NCBI GenBank assembly: GCA_977018835.1
Contig: OZ361258.1
Span: forward strand, 1,426,001 to 1,490,000
Reading direction: 5' to 3'
Length of the DNA stretch: 64,000 bases
Source of the DNA: Minutocellus sp. GHC0000111
Taxonomy: Eukaryota
Both the position numbers and the translations under genes were made by a program. Numbering within the stretch: position 1 is the first letter of the stretch; every line of letters begins with the position of its first letter. The notes under the pieces were generated by a model. The model was not told the DNA's origin, made no database searches, and worked only from the letters and a program-made list of their open reading frames with translations. Positions 1 to 12,037 of the stretch are shown piece after piece.

Positions 1-621
1 AGACTTGGTGGAGCGGCAAAGGTCTATGCAACCGCCAGACAAAAGCATCACAAATTCTTAAGAAGCCTCGGGGCCGTTCCGCTTCCAATTGGTATTGAGG
101 AGTGGCTGCCTACGTTCTCTGAGCAAATGGATATTGTTGTTGATGCCTATTGCATTGATAATTACAATGTCACCTTCAAATCTCTAAAACAAGGGGGTAA
201 ACTCGTGTGCATTCGATCAAGACCTCTGATGGAAGAACAAGACCTAGTGTGGCACGTCGATGCCAATACAGATCGTACTGCCCGATTCTATGGCAAAATG
301 ATTTGCACATACGATATCTTTGAGAGTTGGGAGGGAAATCTGAGATTATGCAAGGTAAGAAGAGACTGAGAAGGGCATGATTTCTGCATCTTACTTTGCC
401 ATTCTGATTGCATTGTTATCTAATATCATCCTTCATTGCCCAACTCAAAATCAAATTAATTTCAGAACGATCTTGGGTATCTTTTTGACATGCTGAACAG
501 AGGAAAAGTCAAGCCACCGACAGCAGATTGCATCTCTCTTGACAAGGTTGCGGAGACTCAGAAATTATTCGAGGCAAAGAGAGTCCAGGGCTTCTTTGTA
601 TGCAAGCCATGGTTGAAGTAG
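1..621 (+). CDS. C-terminal part of an MDR-family (zinc-binding ADH / quinone oxidoreductase-like) protein; 5' end lies outside the window; intron 355-465
   Basis: Frame is open from base 1 (GAAKVYATA..LGAVP..DIVVDA..LKQGGKLVCI). GTAAGA donor at 355 and TTTCAG acceptor at 465 join in frame to NDLGYLFDMLNRGKVKP..ISLDKVAETQKLFEAKRVQGFFVCKPW, a typical MDR C-terminus. Confidence 0.75.
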
Positions 622-670
622 ACCCTGCCTGAATTTTACATGTATAGGCGAAAAAGTAGTTTTATGAGTG

Positions 671-1414
671 TATATGTTAGTCCCAAAATGCGCACTGTCC
701 CAATTCGCGAACTGGGATCTCAGTTTGCGAACTGAGATTCATTTATCCCAGTTTGCGCACTGGGCCCCAGTTCCCAAACTAGGATCTCAGTTTGCGCACT
801 GATACTACCAGAATGGAAACTGAGATGAATAAGCTAATCCGAATTTAGGAACCAGACGAGTTTGCGAACTGGAACAATAATAAATTCCAGTTTGGAAACT
901 GGCATTCTCGGCAAGTACCAGAATGGTAGCTGCCGGTGTTGGCTCATGCAGATTGATTATTTTGTACATGTATAAGTAGAATCTACGTAATCGTTTATCA
1001 ACTAAATTGCATGCATGCGCATGCACTGGTAGATCTATCTACAATACAAGTTGCACTGTGCATCATAAAATAAATGTAAATTATCAACGAAAAGCAACAA
1101 TAACAAAAGCGGCGGTGGCCAATACAAATGTCAGCAAAATCAACGTTGCCATTACCCCGTTGTCACCGCCGCCGCCGGGATCAGAGCAAATGACGATGCT
1201 TTCCATTCTTTGGCCGAATGAAAAAATGAAGAGAAAAGAAGCAAAGGCGATATCATCCTTGCTAAGTGTTCATTATTTGTCAATCGATCTCAGTTTGCGA
1301 ACTGAGATTGTGCCTGGGATCCCAGTTTCCGAACTGGGATAAATAAATCCCAGTGCGCAAACTGAGATCCCAGTTCGCGAACTGGGACAGTGCGCATTTT
1401 GGGACTAACATATA
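671..1414. mobile_element. Non-autonomous DNA transposon (MITE) with long TIRs and a probable TA target-site duplication
   Basis: 671-729 (tatatgttagtcccaaaatgcgcactgtcccaattcgcgaactgggatctcagtttgcg) is the reverse complement of 1356-1414 with one mismatch, and imperfect similarity extends further inward. Both ends are TATA. No credible internal ORF. Confidence 0.9.
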
Positions 1415-1445
1415 TGCCAGCATAGCTATCTAGTTTTGTAGCAGA

Positions 1446-3732
1446 CTATTGGCGAGACTTCGTGTTTCTACTCCATTCTGCTGAAAGATCTGCGACTGAA
1501 ATATTTCTCCCCCTATTGGCCTGAGTGCCAATCAGATCCTCTAATACTTCCCTCGGCGCCTTGCGACGCAAGTTTCTCAAAATGCAATTGTCCAACGCTC
1601 CATCTTCGCAGCAAAATATGAATACCTGAGTGGCCAAATTGGCATACTCGCTTCCCTTCGAGGCATTGGCACTTGTAATGAAGAGCGAATCATATATCAT
1701 TGGATTAACACTTGACAATTGAGATGACTTTCGTAACTTGTCAAAGGCTTCCAGAGCAACTCGAAGAGCTTTTCGCTTGGCCTCATGGTTTCCAGTTGTT
1801 CGAGCACAGGCCTTCATGACCGCACCATAGGTAATAGTTGTTGGAGCGACGTCCCTGTTTCCCTTATTTGCCATATCTTCCATTTCAAGCAAGCTATCAA
1901 ATGCCTTTGTGGCCTTGTCGGGCACGGGACTGACGGCGAGAGTATTGATGAGAGAGTTGTACGTCGAGGCATCAGGCTCAGCAGCCTTTCCTATCGACTT
2001 CATCTGTTGAAATATCTTCAGGGCGTGATCATAGGCATTCTTGTCTCGACTCTTGGCCCAAGCATCGATTACTGCAGTGAAGCATGTCGTGTCTGGGCGG
2101 CATTCTTCTCGACCACCTTCTTGCAGCTTTAGCATGTGATGTAGGATCGCCTCCGCTCTCAGTGCTGCTCCCTTTTCTCGATTTTTGGCCCATGTGTTGA
2201 TTACTGCATTGTAGCTTATCGTATCGGGGCGAGAATCTTCAATTCCTCGTCGGTAAAGCTCTTCCATCTTTTTGAGCAGGGCCCCAGCTCGCTGCGGTGC
2301 ATCGGCATCTCTGCTTCTGGCCCAGGCATCGATTACGGTATTGAAGCTTGCTGTGTCTGGGCGACAATCTTCTCGACCAGCTTCTTGCAGTTTTAGCATA
2401 TGAATCAATGTCGCCTCGGCCCTCTGAGCCGCTCCCTTTTCTCGACTCTTGGCCCATGCGTTGATGGCGGCATTATAGCTGATAGTATTAGGGCGAATGT
2501 CTTCGTATCCCTTTTTGTATAATTTTCCCATCTTCTCGAGAAGCGCCTCCGCTCGCCTCGGAGCATCAGCATCTCGACTTCTTGCCCACGCGTCAATCGC
2601 AGTATTGAAGCTTCTAGTATTTGGCCGACATTCTTCTTGACCTTCGTCATACAATTCCAGCAAATGATTCAATATCGCCTCGGCTCTCTGAGCAGCGCCC
2701 TTTTCTCGACTCTTGGCCCATGTGTTGATAACTGCATTGTAGCAGATGGCATCAGGCCGAACATCCTCATGACCTTGCTGATTCAGCTGTTCCATGTGTT
2801 GTAATATGGCTTCTGCTCTCCTCGGCGCCTCTCTTCTTCCCTAACTGTACTGTAGAGGATTGTGTCTGGTTGCACCTTTTCGTTTCCAGATCTCCAAAGC
2901 TTTTCTAATCGCAGCAGCACGGCCTCTGCACTTTCAGGATCTCCAACCTTGGCGTATGCATCCACTACCATCGCGTAGAACTTGGAATCCGGTGATAGGG
3001 CAGGATCTTTACCATAAGCTTGCTCGACAAATGCAAGCAATTCGTCAGCCTTCTTTGCGAACGATGCATCCGGCCTTTGTTTCCTTATCCACGCCCGCTC
3101 GGCGGCCTTTTCGCTCAGGACTCTGTAGGAGTTGAGAGCCCCGCCAAGAAAGCCCTGTTTGATCCCTATGCCACTTCCACCGGCTAACCGCCTCCTTACC
3201 AAGTCACGGACCATCCGATCGGCGCGGTCGGCATCCTTGGCATTGTAATGAGTTGTGAACGGATCAAAACCGTCGTCTCCCAAAAGGCTGGCGTCGGTAC
3301 TCGACGAGAATTGTCTGGAGCAGCCCGAAACCTTCAGAGGAAAAGAATGGCCGGTTGTGATGAAGTTGGATACATTATACCCACCAAAGTTGCATTTGCC
3401 AAGAAGAGACTGTTGTATCGACGTACTACCACGAGGAATGCCTTGTCTGGTGGCGCTATCGGCACAAGCACCGTCACCGCTACCGGAGGAGGAGGAGGCG
3501 GCACGTCTGTCATCGCCTTCGCTGCCCTCGCTCGAATTATAAATTTCGGCACCATTTGGACCACCGGATGCAGAAAATTGAGCATAAGATGTACTGACCA
3601 GCGGTAGCCGCCTGCTGCAGATGACGGCTCGGCAGCATAAGATGTATTGACCAGCGGTAGCCGCCTGCTGCAGATGACGGCTCGGCGAGCACTTGCTGCG
3701 CTGATCGCCGCCGAGGCGGCGGGCGATAACAT
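1446..3732 (-). pseudogene. Pentatricopeptide-repeat (PPR) protein, copy 1, disrupted by two frameshifts
   Basis: Repeats of the form PDxxxYNAVINxWAKS..AAxRAEAIL. Probable start MLSPAASAAISAASARR (transit-peptide-like) at 3732. A 53-bp duplication (3581-3686) and a ~19-bp deletion near 2845 (LDAWAKS missing relative to copy 2) break the frame. Confidence 0.8.
3581..3686. repeat. 53-bp direct tandem duplication
   Basis: agcataagatgta(c/t)tgaccagcggtagccgcctgctgcagatgacggctcggc occurs at 3581 and 3634 with one mismatch. Confidence 0.95.
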
Positions 3733-3874
3733 GGTGGAGAGCAAAAATGAGGGCCGCACGATGATGCACGGAGATGGATTTAAGGGGTCTAAATTCCCGG
3801 GGAATGACTTTGATCCCCCTTTCTTCCAGAGAGAACACAAAAGCGCAAGCTGCGAAGCTCATCAAAGCTCAACC

Positions 3875-4954
3875 ATGACGACCTCTGCCTATGCCGACCT
3901 CAAAAGCCGGCCGTCAATGCAACGCCCGTATGCCCTGCCAGTCTCGATCGGCGCACTCGCCGTCGTGATCGGCACATTCCTCCACGGCATTCACAACACG
4001 TCGTCCCTGAACGGTATCTTCCCAATCGTCATTGAGGGCATTCAACACATGGGCAGTGCATTGCTCGGCAAAACTCCCACCGATGAGAGCATGTTTGAAT
4101 ACGGCGCCGATGGACTGCCCCTATGCCGTGAGTGTCACTGCACACCAGAGTGGGAGGAAGATCCCGAACAATTTGTTTGTCCGGAAGAACCGCCGCCGAC
4201 GTGGCAGTACAGCACGGAAGATATCGAGACTTTGAGGTCGCACGTGGCGACGAATCCAATCCAATTGGACTGCAACCCGTACGAAGACGAAGGTTGCGAC
4301 ACCACACCGCCGTTGGGCAAGGGTGGTTGGGGCGACGATGCGGTTTGTGGTCTCATTTATGACGTTCCATCGGACAACAAGGTCAGCGGAAGTAGCTGTT
4401 CCTTGACGAACTACACTATCCAATCATTCCAAAGTGCGGAAGAAGCGGCATCGGTCAATGCGGTTGTGACGCATCTGGGCCATTGCGGAGTGTGCAGTAC
4501 CACGCAGGACTTGGCGGCGTATATGTCGCATCCCGATATGGTCGCCGAGGGTCGGAAGTGCACCAATCGAGCCCTCCTCAGTGCCAATTGGGGTCGGCAA
4601 TGTTACGCGGCTCTGGGTTTTACCACTCCCTGCGCCACGATCTGGGCCCAGAATTCCATCAACACCGCAACGGTATGTCGGGCTACGTGTGTGCGGCATT
4701 TGTTTACTCCCGCCAACCTGCCGGAACCATCGTGCAAACTGAACGACTGTTTGCATTGCGATGAGATCAAGTCGGGGCCGAATTTTCAATTGTTCGCTGG
4801 CCGGACGAGAAGGAACAGTGGACTGAGGACGCCCATTATGAGGCAATGTGCCGGCTTTGCCTTTTTGGAGCACGAAGCTTGTCCAATGAATGTGGTTTTG
4901 GGAAAAAGCGGAGAAAAGAATAACGATGATGGAGAAAAACAAGAGGAAGAGTAG
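3875..4954 (+). CDS. Cys-rich secreted or membrane-anchored protein of unknown function
   Basis: Likely ATG at 3875. N-terminal hydrophobic segment VSIGALAVVIGTFL, many Cys residues, motifs THLGHCGVCSTTQDLAAY and CLHCDE..SGPNF..FAGRTRRNSGL. Confidence 0.75.
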   Translation: MTTSAYADLKSRPSMQRPYALPVSIGALAVVIGTFLHGIHNTSSLNGIFPIVIEGIQHMGSALLGKTPTDESMFEYGADGLPLCRECHCTPEWEEDPEQFVCPEEPPPTWQYSTEDIETLRSHVATNPIQLDCNPYEDEGCDTTPPLGKGGWGDDAVCGLIYDVPSDNKVSGSSCSLTNYTIQSFQSAEEAASVNAVVTHLGHCGVCSTTQDLAAYMSHPDMVAEGRKCTNRALLSANWGRQCYAALGFTTPCATIWAQNSINTATVCRATCVRHLFTPANLPEPSCKLNDCLHCDEIKSGPNFQLFAGRTRRNSGLRTPIMRQCAGFAFLEHEACPMNVVLGKSGEKNNDDGEKQEEE

Positions 4955-5104
4955 GCATCTTGCTGAAAAATCGAAGAGCCAAGAGATACTATACGGTGGG
5001 GACATTTATTTGAATATTACACATCAATGCACATACATAATACATGTTATTAGAGGCACATTTTATCGACTGTTTAATTTACTGCATATATTACGTACTA
5101 GAAG

Positions 5105-7602
5105 CTAAGCATATGCTGTGCTTCCGATATTACTCGGAGAAGTCGGACTCTGATACATAGCCAGATCTTCAATTCGGATTGTCGATCTCAAGAGCTCCAA
5201 GTCCAGAGACGCACCGAAAGGGTAGAATAGAACCTTACGAGGCAGAGCATTGTCACTGCCTACAGCTGGACGCATAAAGAAGGCATTATCTGAAAATCGG
5301 CCGGGCGCCTCGGTGGTTAGAACGGCGTAAATAACTACCGGAACTGTGGCTGTGACTTCGATATCAATGGCAACATTGCCCCCTGCGTCTGATGGAATAA
5401 TTTCGCCAACAGTAACCTCCAGCCCACTCGAACGAGGGAGAGCGATGATATCTTTGGGAGGTGCAAGTAACAAATCATTATGCGAAATCAACTCCACCCC
5501 ATCGCTAGTACCTGTTGCTTTCCCGATAACATCCTGTGACAGATAGTGGGTCCTTCCATCAATAGATGTCCCACAATTGGTCCCACTATGACACGATACG
5601 CCTTCCAAGGAAAAAGTCGAAATCGACCCCGGGCCTGGATTCAGTTCAATCGACTTTTTGAGGAGCAAACCGCGCTCTCCCGTCTCAATCGAGAACGAAG
5701 ATATAACCAATGTGCACTGAAGATGTTTGGGGCTGTCGTTGCGAATGTAGCATAGCCCCGACTCCCCAGAGCACGTCGCAACAACATCTGCAAATCGACC
5801 AGCCCATGGAGGGGCTTCCAACGGCCGCCGATAACTTGACCTTGGTGGGCATCCAATCCATTGGGTGCACTGTACTCAAGAGACCCCCAGCCCCCAGTGG
5901 GCCAAATCTCATTGAGCTGCCATAGCAGATGACCCATTTCATTCTTTGACCGTCGGGTCTCTATAGTTCCCTTCATTTGAAGCGCTTGGCCTATCATGCA
6001 GTGATATAATTGTCTCCTAAACGCATCCTTCCCAGTCGCTCCGAAATAATTGGGAGAAGCATAAAAATATGAAGCTATGATGCTATCGCACGGATAATTC
6101 CTCTGAGCCATGACATTTCCTCCCTTGCACTCGCGGTTGAAGCCATCGGTGCATGTGTCTTTTGGAGCACCTCCGTGTAGCCCCCAGTGGTCAGAATCAA
6201 CCGTTGGCGCCATCGATTCAAAGGAAGACCAGACTATACATCCAAACTCGCTTACAAAAACAGAGGGCTTTCCAAGGCCAATATCATCTTCATCAACGGA
6301 AAGCTTGAGAGGTATCAACGGATCCACAGGTTGTAGCTCATCAGCTCCGTTGACTGCTGGGAATCCCGTACCATGAACATAGTTTCCATGCACCTCAATC
6401 GTTCTTTCAATTTGTTCTTTTGGATAGGTAGATAGATTAGGAATGCCTCTTGTCGGCTTACAAGTAAGCCGGTCGACACCCGACTTCCATCCCGAAGCGG
6501 GCGAGCTTGGCCAAATTGGACGACTTTTATCTTCCTCAGCCACCATTTTCAATACAAACTTGGCATAGATCGCGGTTTGTCCTTTCATCTCCACTTGACA
6601 CTCATTGCATCCATCCCAAATTACAATAGATGCATGAGATGATAGCTTTCGAACACTATGTCTCAGTTCCTTCTCCTGGACCTCTGTCACCTTTGGATCA
6701 TGCCCCCCTTGGGCATACATCATGTCATGATACAGCAGCAAGCCCAAGGCGTCAGCTTCTTCATAAAAGGCCCTCGGCAATACCATCCCTCCTCCCCACA
6801 CCCTGAGTATATTCATCCTACCCATGAGCGCCGAGCGGACCAGCTGGCGATGCCCAGCCGCGCTTAGTCTTCCCTCCAAGACATCCATTGGTATCGCATT
6901 GGCACCCCTCATCCAAAGTGCAACTCCATTCACTCGTAGGTACATGCCGTGGAATCGAGTGCCTTCTTTCCCAATAGAATCTTCAATATATGCAGGGTCA
7001 GTGTCATTGCCAGTTACTGGCGCCACGTGCCGGAATCCAATTTGACGACTAGTCGTAACGACTCGCACTGAGGGATAAATGGGAACAAAGGTTGCATTCA
7101 CGATGTACAGTGCTCTCTTCGAAAGAATTGTTTTTCCCATCCCTACCTCGGCAGGCCACCATAGTTTGATGTCTGTTGCTTCTGCTGAGATCGATACTGT
7201 AGAATTAAAATCTCCTTCAAATTGAATTGCATTCGAACGGCTTATGGCGCCCCAAGATCCAAGTACCTCGACATATCCCCGAACGGCAGATGGCGACCAG
7301 AGATGGACATGAACTTTCACATCAAACCCAGCATGCTGTCCATCGACCAGGGCCTCTGTGGGACACCTGTCCAGACCAAAGTGTTGTGTTGTGCCGAAAG
7401 TTAATCTCATAGTATGGCTCCTCGAGCAATTTGGCTTCGACGAGATCAGAGATGAGATCGCCAGGAACTGTTGCTGGTATTCGGAATTGCCGACCCGAAC
7501 TATCTTCCTGGTGACGACCCAGACATTCCTGCGCCCAACGGTCTTGCCGATCAATAGGTACGGGTGGGCAAGTGCTTTGTTGACTGGCGGTATATCTGCC
7601 AT
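5105..7602 (-). pseudogene. GH2 beta-mannosidase with an internal deletion and frameshifts
   Basis: Motifs LWWP, RGANAIPMD, NILRVWGGG, WDGCNE, FVSEFG, LWQLNEIWP, GRWKPLH, GRFSDNAF. Frameshift near 5810. The N-terminal motif IPATVPGDLISDL..EPYYEINF (~7375-7483) is in a different frame and abuts mid-protein sequence. Start position is uncertain. Confidence 0.85.
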
Positions 7603-7619
7603 TGTCCCGTCGTCGTCAT

Positions 7620-9298
7620 CTTTGTCATCTCGTTCCCTTGGCAAGAAAAAAATACAACATGACCATGGCACAGAACCAGAATACAAGTACCGAGCATATC
7701 CATTCCACTTCTCCTGCCCGGCACACGACGAACCGACCAACTACCACTCCAATCTGACATTTTATACGCCATACAAAGTTGCGATTGTTTATCATGTAGT
7801 TCTGGTGAACAACTGGAGGGACATACTCTATGACCAGCTCCTTGCCATTACCCGATGCGGTTTGGGCGCAATTGCCTCAGAACTCATTTTATCGGTTTGT
7901 GCAAAAGATGATTCGAGTGATGTCGATGGAATCGATGCGCTCAAAGTTGCAGTGGCTGACTATATGTCTGATCTTGTTTTATCAATAAAGACCGAAATTA
8001 TTGAGAGTAGAAATTGCAATGACAATTCCCTTGGCTTAACGGAAGCGCAATCATACTGTGTCTCCACTTCACCTTCGACGAAGCACCGGCATATTGTCTT
8101 TCATCTGCACAACGGAGGGGCATCGCAGTATCATCTTGACTGGTATATTCACAAGAAGACCAATGATGAGGGCAGCTATTCGCGTTCCCTTTACTGGCGC
8201 AAATATGCCGAGCATTTCGTCATTGAACGGCCATTCGAATGCCTCAGTGCAATACTCAATGATGGAGCCCTAAGCTGCGGCGTCAATTTGAGAACGCGCG
8301 AAAGCGACACAATCAAAGGCGATAATGCCCATAATACAACGTTGCAATCATTGGCTTATGCGGAAGATATATGGGCAGCATCGTGCCCAGTAGAGCTACC
8401 GAGACCAGGCAATGCCAGCAAGAAGAAACACATGCAATTGCACAGAACTAAGAAAGATCGAACGAAACGACTTATACACCAAGAAGAATATGACGAAGGC
8501 GCACTCAACCCACGTTTCAAGCTCACCTGTCCCATCTTTCAGCCGAACAAATACCAAAACGTTGATTTGACCCTCGCGTATCACATTGGATTTCTCAACA
8601 ATTGGCGAGATGTAGTGACTGACCAAGTTTCCACAATCACAAGCTGTGGGTTGGGGGCCGCGCTCAAATCGATAATCATATCTCACTCAAATGCCACTCA
8701 AGATAACTTGAGCGAGGTGACAAAAATGATATCTGAGCGGAGAATAAATGCGCCAATACAATTTGTAGTGGCTCATAGCATGCCCTATGAAGGCCCGATA
8801 ATGAATGCCATGCACAAGATATGCCAGGCGGCGGACCAGAAAACCATTGTGTTTTATTTGCACAACAAAGGAGTAAGTCGTTATAGATCGGACTGGAAAG
8901 CAAAGGGTGATGTAGACAAGCCATCATCGGACTGGAAAATGTCCCCCTATGCTTTCTTACTCTATTGGCGAAAATACATGGAGTACTTCACGATTGAGCG
9001 ACCGCAGCTTTGCATCGACGCTATCCTCAATGGTGGAGCTTGGGCTTGTGGGGTGAACATGCGCCCAACACATTATTCTGGCAACGTGTTTGTTGCTGAT
9101 TGTGATTATGTGCGGGAACTGACTCCCGTTACAGGGACTGGGTACCTCGATGCGGAGGCGTTCATCGGGCAACGCATGAACAAGGATGCGTTTCTCAAAG
9201 GTAGGTTTGTAAATCTTCACGAAGCGCCACCAGCTGGTAAGGCTGGATATAGACACCTGATGCTCCCAGAGGAGTATCGCAAGGACATTCAATTGTGA
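7620..9298 (+). CDS. Protein with two tandem copies of an uncharacterised glycosyltransferase-like domain; 5' end unresolved
   Basis: Both halves share YH....NNWRD...DQ....T.CGLGA, H(N)xG.S.Y, YWRKY.E.F.IERP..C..AILN.GA..CGVN.R. No in-frame ATG precedes the first domain. Confidence 0.65.
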
Positions 9299-9442
9299 AC
9301 GAGCTACAATTGTATCTGGCAACATGATTAGTAGCTCGTGTATTATGTAGTACTTTGCAATCCACTCTGGAGTGATCCTACTCCACTTGCTCAAATTAGG
9401 CTTTCTCTAACTAGAGTATACTAGCTAGCTGGGCCTAAGTAG

Positions 9443-11588
9443 CTAGCGCCTTTTTACATTTCTACTCAATTCTGCTGGAAGATTGGCGACCGATATATCT
9501 CTTCCACCACTGCCCCGAGTGCCGATCAGCTTCTCAAATACTTCCCTCGGCGAGTTGCGACGTAAGTTTTTCAAAATGTAATTGTCCAACGCTCCATCTT
9601 CGCAGCAGAATTTGAGTACCTGAATAGCCAATTTGGCATACTCGCTTCCCTTCGAGGCGATGGCAATTGTACTGAAGAGCGAATCATACATCATTGGATT
9701 AGCACTCGACAGGTGAGATGACCTTCGCAGCTTGTCAAAGGCTTCCAGAGCAACTCGAAGAGCTTTTCGCTTGGCCTCACGATTCCCAGATGTTCGAGCA
9801 CATGCCTTCATGACCGCACCATAGGTAATAGTTGTTGGAGCTACGTCCCTGTTTCCCTTGTTTGCTGTCTCTTCCATTTCAAGCAAGATATCAAATGCCT
9901 TTGTGGCCTTGTCGGGCACGGGACTGACGGCGAGAGTATTGATGAGAGAATTGTATGTAATGGAATTGGGCTTCACTGCATTCTCCATCGATTGCATTTG
10001 CTGGAATAGCTTCGAGGCGTGGCTATAAGCATTTTTATCTCCGCTCTTTGCCCACGCATCTGTAACTGCAGTGATGCTCGCTGAGTCTGGTCGGCATTCC
10101 TCTCGTCCGCCCTCGTATAGCTTCAACATGTGATTGAGTATTGCCTCGGCTCTCGGAGCCGCTCCCTTTTCCCGACTTTTGGCCCATGCATTGATCACTG
10201 CATTGTAGCTGACTGTATTAGGGCAAACATCTTTATTTCCTTGTCGGTACAGCTCTTCCATCTTTTCGAGAAGTGCCTCTGCTCGTTTTGGCGCATTTCT
10301 ATCTTTGCTTCTCGCCCACGCGTCAATTACAGAATTGAAACTTACTGTATCTGGACGGCAGCCCTCTCGACCACCTCATCATACAGTTTCAGCATATGAT
10401 CCAGTATCGCATCTGCTCTCTGAGCCGATCTTTCTTCCCGACTCTTGGCCCATGCGTTGATGACAACGTTGTAGCTGACTGTATCGGGGCAAACATCCTT
10501 ATTTCCTTGTCGGTGCAGCTCTTCCATCTTCTCAAGAAGCGCCTCGGCTCTTTCTGGTGCAGCGGCATCTTTGCTCCTGGCCCATGCATCAATAACAGAA
10601 TTGAAGCATATAGTATTTGGCCGGCATTCCTCTCGACCAGCTTCCTGTAGCTTCAGCATATGATCTAGGATCGCCTCCGCTCTTTGAGCCGCTCCCTTTT
10701 CTCGACTTTTGGCCCATGCGTTGATAAATGCACTGTAGCAAAATACATCAGGCCGAACATCTTCGTGACCTTTCTGATTCAGTTGTTCCATGTGTTGCAA
10801 TATTGCTGTTGCCCTCTTCGGCGCCTCTTTCCTCCCACTTTTGGCCCATGCATCGAGCACTGCGCCGTAGAGGATCGTGTTTGGCTTCACCTTTTTGTTT
10901 CCAGATTTCCAAAGCTTCTCCAATCGCATCAATACCGCCTCTGCATGTTCAGGGTCGCCTATCTTGGCGTATGCATCCACGACTATCGAGAAGGACTTGG
11001 TATCGGGGGATAGGGCGGGATCTTTGGCGCATGCTTGCTCGGCAAATGCAAGCAGTTCGTCAGCTCTTTTAGCGAATGAAGCATCCGGCCTTCGTTTTCC
11101 TCCTCTCCGCGCCCGCTCGGCGGCCTTCTCGCTAAGGACTCGGTATGAATTGAGAGCACCCCAAAGAAAGCCCTGTCTGATCGCTATGCCACTTCCACCG
11201 GCTAACCGCCTCTTGACATGATCGCGAACCAGCCGATCGGCTCGGTCGGCATCCTTGGCATTGTGATGAGTAACAAAGGGATCGAACCCGTCGTCTCCCA
11301 AAAGGCTGGCGGGGGTGCTGGAGGAGAGCAGCCGGGGGTACCGAAGAGAGCATCCCGGCATGTACGTGTAGATGATGCCAACGAGGCGCTCCGATTGCGA
11401 TTGGGCACGGTCGGGTGGTTGTTACCCCCTGGTAGAACAGCCACCGAAAACGATCTCTTCGGGTCAGAAGAAGCCGGGTTTCCCGAGATGGTGGCCGGCC
11501 GGTAGAGCAACTCTGCAAATGTCCCCCTGCTACCGCCGCACCGGGCATAAAGAGCGGTGGGCACGCGCCGCATCATCGTGCTGCTCAT
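9443..11588 (-). pseudogene. PPR protein, copy 2 (paralog of copy 1), frameshifted
   Basis: High protein and DNA similarity to 1446-3732 (ASLLGDDGFDPF..AKDADRADR; C-terminal FCCEDGALDN). Clear frameshift at ~10375 (tat gat ga ggt ggt cga). A second probable shift at 11361-11424 separates the transit-peptide-like MSSTMMRRVP N-terminus. Confidence 0.8.
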
Positions 11589-12037
11589 GGCTCACGAGCT
11601 CGATCAGAAAATACTTGGTAAAAATGAGCGAGGTTCAAATCGTCCGTCCATCGCCGGTCCCAAACCCCAACCGTATTGCGAGTTGCGACCTAATTTTGAA
11701 TTGCAGGCAAAAAGCAACCAGCATTTGAATTGCTTTTTTGGGCGGTGCCGGCTCGTCATCGTTTCCCCCCCAGACCAAACGGTGTCCTTTGCACGATCGA
11801 TCTCCGATTGCTTTGACGAGACGACCGCCGTATCGGAGGGAGAACAGCCCCAGGCAAGCAACGCTTTGCCAATAAATTCAGCAGAGTCTCTTCGCCCCAA
11901 GTGTCGAGGGTGACCGCGTGGCGCCACAATTGCTTTGGCCTTGCCTCCCCTTGACTGCTGTATTCGCGAGCGTATCTAATTTCTGTTGGAGTCGTCGAGT
12001 CTTTTCCAACGACGACGAGGCAGCAGAGGCAGCAGCA

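Noticed and set aside
805..1342. ORFs inside the MITE as a transposase
   Set aside because: Short, AT-rich, and no DDE or HTH motifs.
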